A stretch of 64,000 nt of DNA from Chloroflexota bacterium (GTDB lineage: Bacteria; Chloroflexota; Anaerolineae; JAAYZQ01): the NCBI GenBank assembly GCA_018606645.1, contig JAGVRI010000016.1:16790-80789 (forward strand), read 5' to 3'. Positions within the stretch are counted from its first letter, which is position 1. Each line of letters opens with the position of its first letter. Made by a program: the position numbers and the translations under genes. The notes under the pieces were generated by a model, which had not been told where the DNA came from, did not search any database, and saw only the letters and a program-made list of their open reading frames with translations. This document shows, in pieces, positions 16,118 to 25,584 of this stretch.

Positions 16118-17266
16118 CTATGGGTACACCTGGACCCAATTGCCTTCCCGCACCTGGAAGATATAGATCTTTTGCTCCCTCAGGTCACCCGAGGCGTCGT
16201 AGCTCAGGTTGCCCATCGGCGTCTGGATCGCTGTCAGGTTCCGAATCGCGTCGGCCACCTGAAGGGCATCCAGCTTCCCCGCCTTTTTGACCCCCTCCGC
16301 CAACACTTCCAACGCACTGTAGCCGTTGATACTATACGTATCCGGGTTACGGTACTCCACCGCCTGGTATTCTTTGATCCAGAGGTCATCCACCACCGCT
16401 TCCGGCTTGGGGCCAAAGGCTGACACATACATTCCTTCGGCAGCGCTGCCCGCTTCGTCTATCGTGGCGGCCAGGAATGCGCCATCGCTGGCCAGAAAGG
16501 GAACGGAAAGCCCGGCTTCCACCAGCTCGAGGCGCAGGTACGGCGCTTCGACCTCATAACCGGCGTAAAAGACGGCATCAGGCTGAGCGGCCACGACCTT
16601 GGGGACCTCTTCTGGGAAGGTGGACTGCTCCACGGCCACCTGCAAGGTGAGCACCACTTCGGCCCCCAACGACTGCAGTTCGCCGGTGATCAACTGAGCC
16701 AGACCCTGTCCGTACGGATCATCATTGTGGAGAACCGCGATCCGCTTTGCCCCCAGGGTGTCCACCAGGAATCTGGCGTCCACCTGAGCCTGGGTCCGGT
16801 CGTTGGCATTGACTCGGAAGAAATTGCGATAGCCCTTTTGGGTCAGGCTCACTTCGCTGGCAGTCGGGGTGATCACCACCAAAGACAGGTCCTTATAGAT
16901 CTCCATGGCGGCCAGGGTTTGACCGCTGTTCAAATGGCCGATCACGCCCAGAATCCGGTCGCCTCGTTGCAGCGCCGCCTCGACCTGCTGGGCCACTTCT
17001 ACTGCCACATCCGAGTCGGATTCGTCGTCCACCCCGATCACGGTCACTTGATAGCCCAGCAGGCCCCCGCTGCGGTTGATCCGTTCAGCCGCCAGGCGGG
17101 CGCCCCCCAACACCGTCTGGCCGCCATTGGCCTGGAAACCCGACAGCGGGGCGGCGACATAGATAAATACCTCTCCCTTGGTCGGTTTTTGGGGTCCCCC
17201 ACAGGCTGCCAGAAGCATGACGCACACTGCAAGCAACCACCCAGCCTGTGCTCTTGTTCTCTTCAT
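16118..17266 (-). CDS. Branched-chain amino acid type ABC substrate-binding lipoprotein (Peripla_BP_6 / LivJ-like)
   Basis: Lipobox LLAACGG; LivJ-like sequence throughout; ATG at 17266 after GAGGTGG. Confidence 0.8.
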   Translation of the reverse strand: MKRTRAQAGWLLAVCVMLLAACGGPQKPTKGEVFIYVAAPLSGFQANGGQTVLGGARLAAERINRSGGLLGYQVTVIGVDDESDSDVAVEVAQQVEAALQRGDRILGVIGHLNSGQTLAAMEIYKDLSLVVITPTASEVSLTQKGYRNFFRVNANDRTQAQVDARFLVDTLGAKRIAVLHNDDPYGQGLAQLITGELQSLGAEVVLTLQVAVEQSTFPEEVPKVVAAQPDAVFYAGYEVEAPYLRLELVEAGLSVPFLASDGAFLAATIDEAGSAAEGMYVSAFGPKPEAVVDDLWIKEYQAVEYRNPDTYSINGYSALEVLAEGVKKAGKLDALQVADAIRNLTAIQTPMGNLSYDASGDLREQKIYIFQVREGNWVQVYP

Positions 17267-17287
17267 ACCATCCACCTCGACAATTCT

Positions 17288-18193
17288 CTACTTTCTGGCC
17301 GTTCCCCGGTGCGCTGTCCTGGCATCCGCCTGGGAGGCTTCCGCTGCGGTCTGGTTCGCCATATCGGAGCTTATGTCAAACCCTCCGGTGCGGTATACCT
17401 CATCGACCGTTTGGACAATATCTTGCAAGGCCTGAACCTGATCGGCGATGTCCTGTTGCAGGCGCTGGGCCCGGCCAGAGGCAATATCCCGAGCGCTGAG
17501 GAGCATCATCTGGGAATACACCGTCCCCATCGCCGTGATTGTGCTTTCTAACTGGAAATCAGCTCGTTCCATCACGTTTTGCAGCTTGAGCAGATTCTCG
17601 CGCTGAATCTGTTTCTGAGCGATCGCCTGGCTGATCTGATGGCGTACCGTCTCGTCGTCCTCCTGAGCCAGCCGTTTTTTCAGATTCTCGATCGCCGGAT
17701 CGAGCGCACGCAGGTCCTGGGCGATCATCTCGTCGGCCATGTAGGCATCCAACCGCTTGGCCAGACGAAACACATTCTCCAGCCAACTGGTAATGCCCTG
17801 ACTGACATCGGCCATGTGATCGCGCAACACGCTCTCCCGACTTTTGGCGATCACCTGATCGATCCGGTCCCGATATTCCAACGCCTTCTCGACCCGGCTG
17901 CGCAACGCCCGGTTCTGGATCTCGCCGGTCTTGTATTTCTCGCGGAACATCTGGGACACGGCTCTGGTCCGGAACTCGGGATCCTGGATGCTGCTCCAGA
18001 TCAGCCCCACTTCCCCCAGTGCCCCCAGGATGAGCCAGAACCACCGCTGCCAGAAGGGCAGCGGCTGGGGCACCAACACAAAGAGAACAATAGTCAGGGC
18101 GATGATCGCCGCACTTTCCCAGCGGTAGAATGACTGGGTCAGAATGGCCCGCGCCGCCTTGCGCTCGAGATCGTCCCGAAAGATCCTGGTCAT
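17288..18193 (-). CDS. Membrane-anchored coiled-coil protein (hypothetical)
   Basis: Two predicted TM helices (IIALTIVLFVLV, WFWLILGALGEVGLIW) then about 200 aa of heptad-rich sequence; 14 nt downstream of the vWA gene. Confidence 0.6.
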   Translation of the reverse strand: MTRIFRDDLERKAARAILTQSFYRWESAAIIALTIVLFVLVPQPLPFWQRWFWLILGALGEVGLIWSSIQDPEFRTRAVSQMFREKYKTGEIQNRALRSRVEKALEYRDRIDQVIAKSRESVLRDHMADVSQGITSWLENVFRLAKRLDAYMADEMIAQDLRALDPAIENLKKRLAQEDDETVRHQISQAIAQKQIQRENLLKLQNVMERADFQLESTITAMGTVYSQMMLLSARDIASGRAQRLQQDIADQVQALQDIVQTVDEVYRTGGFDISSDMANQTAAEASQADARTAHRGTARK

Positions 18194-18207
18194 CGGCTAG
18201 AAATCGG

Positions 18208-19932
18208 CTAGAAATAGGTGGACAAGATCTTGTAGAGGTCCCGGATCGTCTCCGGATCGCCCCTATACACCTGGCCGCCGGTCGCCTCAGCAATGGCCTG
18301 CAGGGTATCCATATCCGCATCCCGGCCATAGGCGATGCAAAACACAAGGACCCGCACCGGAGAGTCCGCATTCAGTCGGCGGGTCAAGCTACGCAGGCTG
18401 AGAGAGGAGGCATTCTCCTGCCCATCCGTCATCACCACCACGGCGTTGATCCGCTCCGGGTCTCCCAATTCCTGGAGGCGGCGATATGCCTCATAGACGG
18501 CATCGAGCAAGGCAGTATCCCCTCCGGCCTGTAAGCCATCTACCGCAATTTCGAGTGCCGTACGGTTGCGGGCCATGGTATCGAGCGGTATCAGGAGATT
18601 CACAGCCGATGAAAACTGGATCAACCCCACCCGTTCTTCATCGCCCTTGATCTGATCCAGAAAGACGCGAAGGGCAGCCTGGGCTTGATCCAGTTTATCG
18701 CCGGCCATGCTTCCTGACGTGTCGGCCACCAGGTAGACGTTGGTATGGCGTTTGGTATACCACCACACGTCCCGCACCACCTGGATCACGCTAGCGTTGG
18801 GTACCTGCAAGGCCGTCTTGGGTTCGCTGGGAGTGACTCCGTTTTCTGGGGTGAGAGGCGAACCGGGAGCATCCAGAGGGATCGAGAGATCGGCCGGGCG
18901 ATATCCGTGCTGAAGGATCAGTTGCTGCGCTTCTGGGGCGAGGAGATAATCGCGGAAGCGGGCAAACACCTGGCGCTGAAGAGGGGTCGGTTTGGCCGAT
19001 TCCAGCAAGGCGAGCGGGTGATCTTCCCACAATGCGCCTTCGACTGGATAAAGGGCCACCAGCCGTTCCCGATCCGTTGAGCGGCGCATATTAAAATAGA
19101 CCACCATCTGTTCCTGGACGACAAAGGCATCCAGGAAATCCCGCCCTTCCTGCAGCGCGCGCTCTATGATCGCCGGTTCGTTCCCTTCGCCGTAGTAACG
19201 GACGGTTTTCTCCAACGCGGCGACATAGTCCAAGGTCTTCTGAGCCTGGACATCCTCAATGGTCAGCCCGCGCGTCTTGCCGGCGCCGGCATAGAACTCG
19301 GCCAGGGTGGCCAGCAGCCCGCTGGCCGAGCTGGTAGAGGGATGGCTCCAGCGAAAAGCGGCATCGGATTGCGCCCGGTCGAGAAGGTCCTGCCAGCTCA
19401 GGGGCCGGCCCGGCCAGCCCATTTCCCGGGCCAGGTCTTCCCACATGGCAATGACTACCGGGCTGATGGCATAGCGTACCGTCTCTCCCACCGCCGTTCG
19501 ATCGCTGCCCCACTGTTCGCTCCAGGCCAGGTCCAGTTGCCCCAACCAGATGGACGAGTCGGGGGTGATGGCCTGAAAGCTCGCGTTGCCGCTCAGGGCG
19601 GATTCAACCATCGACTGGGGGTCCAGTTCGACCGCTTCGACCCACATCTTTTGCCCGTCGGATGTCTTGAACCCTTGCTGATTGAATCGGTCCACCAGGG
19701 CTCGGAAAACCGGTTCCTTCTCGGGCGAATAGGCCACCACCAGGGCCGAAGCCGGGACTGGAGTGGGAGGCGTCTCCTCGCGGCCGGTCACCAGCTTGCT
19801 CACCACAGAGTAGAACCCACAGCATAGGGCCATCACCCCGAACAAACCGAGGGTTAATAAAGCCAGGGCCAGGCGAGCATCTGCTGGGGCTGGACGACGT
19901 TGCGACTGTCTACTCATTCGACTCTTTCTCAT
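18208..19932 (-). CDS. Membrane-anchored substrate-binding-protein-like plus von Willebrand factor A (vWA) domain protein
   Basis: N-terminal TM, SBP-like domain, C-terminal vWA with MIDAS VADTSGSMAGDKL; start taken at MRKSRMS (19932). Confidence 0.8.
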   Translation of the reverse strand: MRKSRMSRQSQRRPAPADARLALALLTLGLFGVMALCCGFYSVVSKLVTGREETPPTPVPASALVVAYSPEKEPVFRALVDRFNQQGFKTSDGQKMWVEAVELDPQSMVESALSGNASFQAITPDSSIWLGQLDLAWSEQWGSDRTAVGETVRYAISPVVIAMWEDLAREMGWPGRPLSWQDLLDRAQSDAAFRWSHPSTSSASGLLATLAEFYAGAGKTRGLTIEDVQAQKTLDYVAALEKTVRYYGEGNEPAIIERALQEGRDFLDAFVVQEQMVVYFNMRRSTDRERLVALYPVEGALWEDHPLALLESAKPTPLQRQVFARFRDYLLAPEAQQLILQHGYRPADLSIPLDAPGSPLTPENGVTPSEPKTALQVPNASVIQVVRDVWWYTKRHTNVYLVADTSGSMAGDKLDQAQAALRVFLDQIKGDEERVGLIQFSSAVNLLIPLDTMARNRTALEIAVDGLQAGGDTALLDAVYEAYRRLQELGDPERINAVVVMTDGQENASSLSLRSLTRRLNADSPVRVLVFCIAYGRDADMDTLQAIAEATGGQVYRGDPETIRDLYKILSTYF

Positions 19933-19999
19933 TCCGCACCCTGATTCCGCACTCTCGTTGGTAGGGTAGCCAAAGACCCGGGCTTGGGGACGTGGATCG

Positions 20000-21190
20000 C
20001 TATCTTCCCGCCACGTTGAGATCAAACCAGCGCAGTAACGCCTGAAGCACATCCCGATCGGGGAAGCGCATGGCGGTGGTGCGCGGGATTACGCTCAACA
20101 CTCCCTGACTGGCCCACTGATCAAAGAGGCTGCCTTCGCCACTGACCGAGACGTTGGGGTTGGCCGGTCGGAGGCCATAGGCCAGAGCCTTTTCTTGCAC
20201 CTCCCTGGAGAGCAAGTACTTTTCGAATTCCAGCGCTGCATTCTTTTCAGCCGCAGTCGTTTCAGGTCCCATCCAGACGGTGAAGGGAAAGTCGAACCAG
20301 GTGACATACTCCGGGTAGACGATCCGCAGTGGGTCCGCCCAGCGGCTCTGGATGCCCTGCATATTCACCAGGAGGTCGCTTTCCAGGAGCTGTCCGGCGT
20401 CACCGGTGGTATAGCCAAACAGGGCCAGGTCATCCACCGTGTAGGTTCCGCCCGACAGGTCGCTCATCGAACTCATGATCTCGGCCAGCCATCGCTGAAA
20501 GTCGGGATCGGTTACATCCTCGACGCTGAGGCTGGTCTTGCCAAAATACTCCCCGGCGGCCGCCACCATTGCCTGCAACCCGCTGACGTTCTTGCGGGGG
20601 TTGGAAATCGCCAGTTTGAAATATCCCCATTCCGGTTGCCCCCCCAACTCGGCCCAGCCCGTTGGGGCCATCGCCGCATCATGGATGGTGTGCCAGGAGA
20701 TCTTGCCGAATCTGCGTTCCAGCACGGCAGCCCGGCTTTCATAAATGCCCCAGGCCAGCAAGGAGATAGCAAGCGGGCGGGCCCGGTATTCCCCGTCGGT
20801 GAGAAACACGTCGCGTCCCAGACGTTCCTTGTAGGCAGCGTTGACCAACTCGACCAGATAACGGCTATCCGGGATCCAGGCGGTGGGCAAGGGGTCCATC
20901 TCATCCCGTTCATAGCGGCCCTTGGCCGTCAGCCCATCCATGGGGATGATGGAGACATGGATCGGCTGCCCTTCCAGAGTATGAGTTTCAGCGTTGAACT
21001 GGTGGGCCGCCTCCTGGACCCAGTCAGTCACCGGCAGAGCGGTGGCGAGGGTAACCTCCAGCACCTGGCCGCTGGCCTTTGGAACGATTGGCTCTGGTCG
21101 GTTGGCTAACTGGCTCCACACCAGGCCTCCTGCCACAATGAGGATGGCCAGGCCAACAATGGCAAAGAAGATGATACGTGTTCGGTTCAT
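20000..21190 (-). CDS. Membrane-anchored substrate-binding-protein-like protein (paralog of the N-domain of the vWA protein)
   Basis: N-terminal TM IIFFAIVGLAILIVAGGLVW; SBP-like domain resembling the N-terminal half of 18208..19932. Confidence 0.65.
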   Translation of the reverse strand: MNRTRIIFFAIVGLAILIVAGGLVWSQLANRPEPIVPKASGQVLEVTLATALPVTDWVQEAAHQFNAETHTLEGQPIHVSIIPMDGLTAKGRYERDEMDPLPTAWIPDSRYLVELVNAAYKERLGRDVFLTDGEYRARPLAISLLAWGIYESRAAVLERRFGKISWHTIHDAAMAPTGWAELGGQPEWGYFKLAISNPRKNVSGLQAMVAAAGEYFGKTSLSVEDVTDPDFQRWLAEIMSSMSDLSGGTYTVDDLALFGYTTGDAGQLLESDLLVNMQGIQSRWADPLRIVYPEYVTWFDFPFTVWMGPETTAAEKNAALEFEKYLLSREVQEKALAYGLRPANPNVSVSGEGSLFDQWASQGVLSVIPRTTAMRFPDRDVLQALLRWFDLNVAGR

Positions 21191-21300
21191 AACCGCTATC
21201 CTCAGACTGGGTGGCGGTGCGAACCCTCGGGCATAGAAACATGCACCCGTCCGAACAACGCCGGGTCGCTATGCGAGGGGATGTTGCACCAGAGTGATGT

Positions 21301-21978
21301 TCAGCCTAAACCCAAACGCGCCTTGCGCTCAGCCAACTGGGATTCCAGCGTGCTCCTTTCCAATACCTCGTCCATCTGCGCATCCAGACTGCTGGCCAGC
21401 ATCTCGCTTTGGGCGGTCGCCTTGTCCAACCGGGCGCGGATGCCCTCTGCCACCCGAGCAATATCGGCATCGCCCGCACCCATCAGATCGTCCAGGGATT
21501 TGATCGTCCGGACAGTGAGTTCTTTCGAGCGGGCCAGATCCAGCAGCGCCTGCAGCTCTTCCCGCTCTTGCTTGACCGTGGTGAGTTTGGCTTCGAGCTT
21601 CAGGCGGGCGTCCTTCAGACTCTGAAGTTCTGATTCCTGACGCTGGAGCATTTCCGCATAGTTCTGGATCAGACGGTTGACTGAATTGAGTTTGCTTTGT
21701 GCTGCCAGGGCCAGCTCTTCTTTCCCTTCCCGCAAAAAGATGTCAATGTTGCGGTCCAGCTCGGCGGCTTGCTGATCCAGCGCTGCCTTCTTGCGCTGGA
21801 GCGTTTTGACCTCCCCGCCCACCGTCGCCACGGCGTCTTTCAGATTCTCCAGGTTGTCTTCCACCTCGCGCACATATTGATCGAATACCGCCAGCGAGTT
21901 GGCCTTGAGCGCCGAATCCACCATGGCATGTAGATTCGCCGAAATCAGGATTTGCACTTTTTTCATCAAGCTTGTCAT
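21301..21978 (-). CDS. pspA: PspA/IM30 family protein
   Basis: MTSLMKKVQILISANLHAMVDSALKANSLAVFDQYVREVEDNL... long coiled coil typical of PspA/IM30; GGGAGGG RBS. Confidence 0.85.
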   Translation of the reverse strand: MTSLMKKVQILISANLHAMVDSALKANSLAVFDQYVREVEDNLENLKDAVATVGGEVKTLQRKKAALDQQAAELDRNIDIFLREGKEELALAAQSKLNSVNRLIQNYAEMLQRQESELQSLKDARLKLEAKLTTVKQEREELQALLDLARSKELTVRTIKSLDDLMGAGDADIARVAEGIRARLDKATAQSEMLASSLDAQMDEVLERSTLESQLAERKARLGLG

Positions 21979-22187
21979 GGTTTATATCCCTCCCATTCTT
22001 TGTATGAGACTGCCATCTATCACTCGGATGATTTGATTGTACCCGAATCGTGCACTTGATACATGACCAGCCACCGACAACTGCCTGACGCTTTCGTCAG
22101 GGTATCCGGCAAAAGCTCCTCCTTATCAAGGCAGGAGACAGACCCGGTATTGCCCGGCAGGTATCCAGGATGACCAGGACCCGATGA

Positions 22188-22688
22188 CTAGCTCATCAGT
22201 CGCAGGCGTCGAGCGACAAACGTCAGCGCCGCCAGGCCGGTGCCCGAGGCCAGAATCAACCCCCATCCGATACCCGTTTGAGCCAGCTCGTCATCTTCCG
22301 GGTTGGTCTCCTGAGCGCTGGGAGAGGGAGTCGAGGTAGGGGTGGGGGTCGCCTGCGCCGGCACCGCCTCTTCACCAGCCGGGGCGGTCGCCTCTGTAGT
22401 CGCTGCGGATGTGGGCCCTCCTACGGTCGGGCCCACCGGCACCAGAGTCGGGGACGGTCTTGGGGTGGGCGAAGTGGTGGGGGTGAAGGTCGGAGGCAGA
22501 GGCTGGGTAGCGGTCACCGGGGGTGTAGCCGTTGCCTGGACGATGGCTTCCCCCCTGGTCGGCAGACCGGGTTTCCAGATCAGGATGACGCCGATCAACA
22601 ACAATCCGATGAAACAGAACGCGAGCAGCACGATCAGCGGGATGGCAAATCGTCGATTTGCCAGCAACTCACGCAATCCTTGAGACAT
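22188..22688 (-). CDS. Pro/Thr-rich surface protein with N-terminal TM and C-terminal LAxTG-type sorting signal
   Basis: C-terminus LAQTG + GIGWGLILASGTGLAALTFVA + RRLRLMS (motif, hydrophobic helix, basic tail); AAGGAGG RBS before ATG 22688. Confidence 0.65.
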   Translation of the reverse strand: MSQGLRELLANRRFAIPLIVLLAFCFIGLLLIGVILIWKPGLPTRGEAIVQATATPPVTATQPLPPTFTPTTSPTPRPSPTLVPVGPTVGGPTSAATTEATAPAGEEAVPAQATPTPTSTPSPSAQETNPEDDELAQTGIGWGLILASGTGLAALTFVARRLRLMS

Positions 22689-22712
22689 TTCTTCCTCCTT
22701 GTTTCTGTCCAA

Positions 22713-23789
22713 TTACCGTGAAGTGATCAACTCCAGATTGACCCGTGGGACGATCACTGGCTTTCCTTCTCCAAGGTCCACGACCGCCACCGGAAGCCTG
22801 AGCCCGGATTCCACGATCTGAGGTGCGGAGGGCAGGTTCACCACCGCCCCCATCATCCCTCGATAGGGAGCTCGAAGGATACGGACCTGCGCTCCGACCT
22901 GTAAGGGCAGGGGTTCAGACTCTTCACGGGCGGATGCTCTGGTGTCTGGCAACGGGATCAGGACCTCCGGGCGTCGGATCCCCCCTCGAGTCTGAAAGGC
23001 GGCGTTCAGCAACGCCTCTCGTCCTACATGGGTCTGCAACAGGGAAAACGCCGCCTGCGACATGGGCAGCGCGCCAAACCCCTCGGTGATCAGGACCGGA
23101 AAGGGCAACGATCGAAGGAGTGGGCACAATTCGGCATGGACGCTGCCGGCAATGATCCCTCGGACCTTGACGTCCACGGCCTGCTTGAGCGCCTCTTCGT
23201 CTACAATCTGGCCCCCTACGATCAGAGTGCCCTGGCAACTTGCGTCAATGGACCGGGCGCGGAGGGGACGCTGGGGATGATCCACGACTAGCCTGAGAAC
23301 CCCTTGCGCTTCCCCCCCATTGCCCCAGAACCCCTGGATCAACGCCCCGGTCGTGGCGATCACCACACCCAGGCCGGGCATGACATTGGTCACCGTGCCT
23401 GGCAGACACGCCTGCAGTTCAAATGGGGTAGCTGCCGCTTCAATCACGATCCGGCCATCCCGTACGGCGAGGACCTGCCCATCCACAGGGGCCCGGCAAC
23501 TGGGCTTCAGGCGTGCCAACGCCCCCTGGTGCGCCGCCAGGACCTCACCCGCCCGTACCGGCTCCCCCGTAGCCTTGCGGATGAGCGGCATCACCCGCTC
23601 ACGAGGCATCCGCAACGCGCGACTCACATCAATCACCTGGATGTCACCGGGCAGCAGGCAACGGGCCACCACATCGGCGGGTTCTACCTGCTCGCCGGGT
23701 CGTACCAACACCTCCCCGCGCGCTGGCAAGATCCGCTCTCGTCGAACGGCGGTCAGGGAAGAGATCCGTGTTTCGACTGGGTAATCCAT
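22713..23789 (-). CDS. Hypothetical protein with barrel-sandwich (biotinyl/lipoyl-like) segments
   Basis: 358-aa ORF abutting the neighbouring genes; ARGEVLVRPGEQVEPADVVA and APVDGQVLAVRDGRIVIE resemble hybrid-barrel motifs; no family recognised. Confidence 0.55.
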   Translation of the reverse strand: MDYPVETRISSLTAVRRERILPARGEVLVRPGEQVEPADVVARCLLPGDIQVIDVSRALRMPRERVMPLIRKATGEPVRAGEVLAAHQGALARLKPSCRAPVDGQVLAVRDGRIVIEAAATPFELQACLPGTVTNVMPGLGVVIATTGALIQGFWGNGGEAQGVLRLVVDHPQRPLRARSIDASCQGTLIVGGQIVDEEALKQAVDVKVRGIIAGSVHAELCPLLRSLPFPVLITEGFGALPMSQAAFSLLQTHVGREALLNAAFQTRGGIRRPEVLIPLPDTRASAREESEPLPLQVGAQVRILRAPYRGMMGAVVNLPSAPQIVESGLRLPVAVVDLGEGKPVIVPRVNLELITSR

Positions 23790-23811
23790 AGAAACCTCTC
23801 TCTACCTGAGA

Positions 23812-25581
23812 TCAGGAACCCATGTCCCATAACCAGTGCTGGACTTTTTCCCGTTGGACTTCGGGTGCCGAGGCCACCGGCAACGGTCGGCCACGAGCAT
23901 CGACAATAATCCCCAGAAGGCCGCCTTCGACGCGAGTCTTGCCCGCCTGTCCTCTGACCCCCAGCCCGACGTCAAAGCGGCGAGTGGGTCGGAGCTCCAG
24001 ATCGGCTGAGTGACCCGTTGGCAGCGAGATGATCTCCAGCGAGCCGTAAGGTACTTCCACCTCCAGGGAGCGACCATCCTGGTATGTAACCTTGAGCTTG
24101 AGCGCGATCTCACCCTCGTGACCTGTTCCAACCGGCGCGACCACCGTCCCCAGGCTCAACAGGGCGTCCTTCTCCATGACCTGGGCGGCCGCTACCGGAT
24201 GGATCATGGCCACTGCACCCAGCGGAGCTAACAGTCCAGCATGGTCCAACGCCAGGCCGCTGATACCGATCGGCTGCAATGCATCGAGCAGGATCAGAGC
24301 GGCCTGACCATAGCTCGGTGCGTTGGCCAGAACCCCACCTCCGCCGATGATCAGATGAAACTTGGGCAAGAGCTCTGGATAGAGGAGAGAGGGTCCCTTC
24401 GGCCACTGAGTTTCCATATCGGCCAAGATAGTCCGTACCATCTCCCGGGCGGCGGCCTGCTCCACGAGAAGATCCTCCCGGGTCTGGGGCAGTGTCTGGA
24501 CATAGATGGCTCTTTCATGCAGTTGATCGCGGAGGGTCGTGGGGTCGATCTCAAAGGGCAGCCAGCGAACGATGGACTCTGGAGATTTGAGATCGAGGAG
24601 TCGGGTCACATTGTACGTCATCCCCAGATCGCTCCGGATCACGAGCCTGGGCTGTTCGTCCACCACGGCAGCCATGGTGACCGTCGCTCCCCCCACATCC
24701 ACCCCCAGGACATTGATCCCGCCCAGGCGTGCCAGATACTGGATGGAATGCATCCATCCTTTCGATGTGGGCAAGACCTGCGCCGAGCTCCACGAGGCTA
24801 ACGTAGCAAACCCAGGCAGCCGCTCCATCCTGATCTGTCGGTATAGCTCGTCGACTTCGGCCTGAAGAGGACCAGGATTCTCGACCCCGAGGCTGGGCAA
24901 CACGTTATCGATGGCCCGCAACTCGGTGACCGGGCCGATCCGTTCGGCGACCTGCGGTCTCAGGTCCGCGTTGCCGGCATAGATCACCAGCGGGCGGGCC
25001 CCCTCTGCCATCGCAAGGCAGGCCAGAGCTACCGCCTCAGCCGATTGCAATATCGGTCTGCTGGCGCCTCCATCGACGCCGCCCACGAGAATCACTGCGT
25101 CCGGCGCCGACTCAAGGATCAGGCGGATTTGACCCTGCATATCATCGCAGGTTTTGAATCCGCTGCTTTCCTGTGCGTCCACCGAGATCACGCCGTCAAT
25201 CAGCACAGGGCAGGCAGATAGAGCGCGCCGGGTGCTGGCGAAGCTCATATCCCCGATGATCCCGCTGACCACCAGGCGCAACGGCCGGCTTGCGCTGGTC
25301 ACGGCGACCACTCCGTCCACTCCCCCTTCGCGGTGACCAGGGATGATCATCTGTCCACGGTCATCCATGAAACGCCAATTGGTTACCTCTGACAGATGGT
25401 TCAGCGCGTGGCGCACCGAGACCATCATGTCGTTCCAGGGCGACTCGACCGTAGCCGGTGCTTCGGTTCGTGCGACAAGGCGGTATTGTCCATCCACCTG
25501 ATCGATCCAGATGGCCCGGGTTCGGGAGCTACCGCAATCCAGGACCAGGATCGATTCGATCGCGCGATACTCATGGATCAT
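23812..25581 (-). CDS. GlmL/MutL-like actin-fold (ASKHA) ATPase
   Basis: ILVLDCGSSRTRA and VLGVDVGGATVTMA phosphate-binding motifs, VILVGGVDGG; GGAGG RBS. Confidence 0.65.
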   Translation of the reverse strand: MIHEYRAIESILVLDCGSSRTRAIWIDQVDGQYRLVARTEAPATVESPWNDMMVSVRHALNHLSEVTNWRFMDDRGQMIIPGHREGGVDGVVAVTSASRPLRLVVSGIIGDMSFASTRRALSACPVLIDGVISVDAQESSGFKTCDDMQGQIRLILESAPDAVILVGGVDGGASRPILQSAEAVALACLAMAEGARPLVIYAGNADLRPQVAERIGPVTELRAIDNVLPSLGVENPGPLQAEVDELYRQIRMERLPGFATLASWSSAQVLPTSKGWMHSIQYLARLGGINVLGVDVGGATVTMAAVVDEQPRLVIRSDLGMTYNVTRLLDLKSPESIVRWLPFEIDPTTLRDQLHERAIYVQTLPQTREDLLVEQAAAREMVRTILADMETQWPKGPSLLYPELLPKFHLIIGGGGVLANAPSYGQAALILLDALQPIGISGLALDHAGLLAPLGAVAMIHPVAAAQVMEKDALLSLGTVVAPVGTGHEGEIALKLKVTYQDGRSLEVEVPYGSLEIISLPTGHSADLELRPTRRFDVGLGVRGQAGKTRVEGGLLGIIVDARGRPLPVASAPEVQREKVQHWLWDMGS

Positions 25582-25584
25582 TGG

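Noticed and set aside
18194-18215. 11-nt tandem duplication TCGGCTAGAAA x2 at the junction between the vWA gene and the coiled-coil gene
   Set aside because: It is real in the sequence but only duplicates the stop-codon region. It is a trivial slippage event with no evident consequence.
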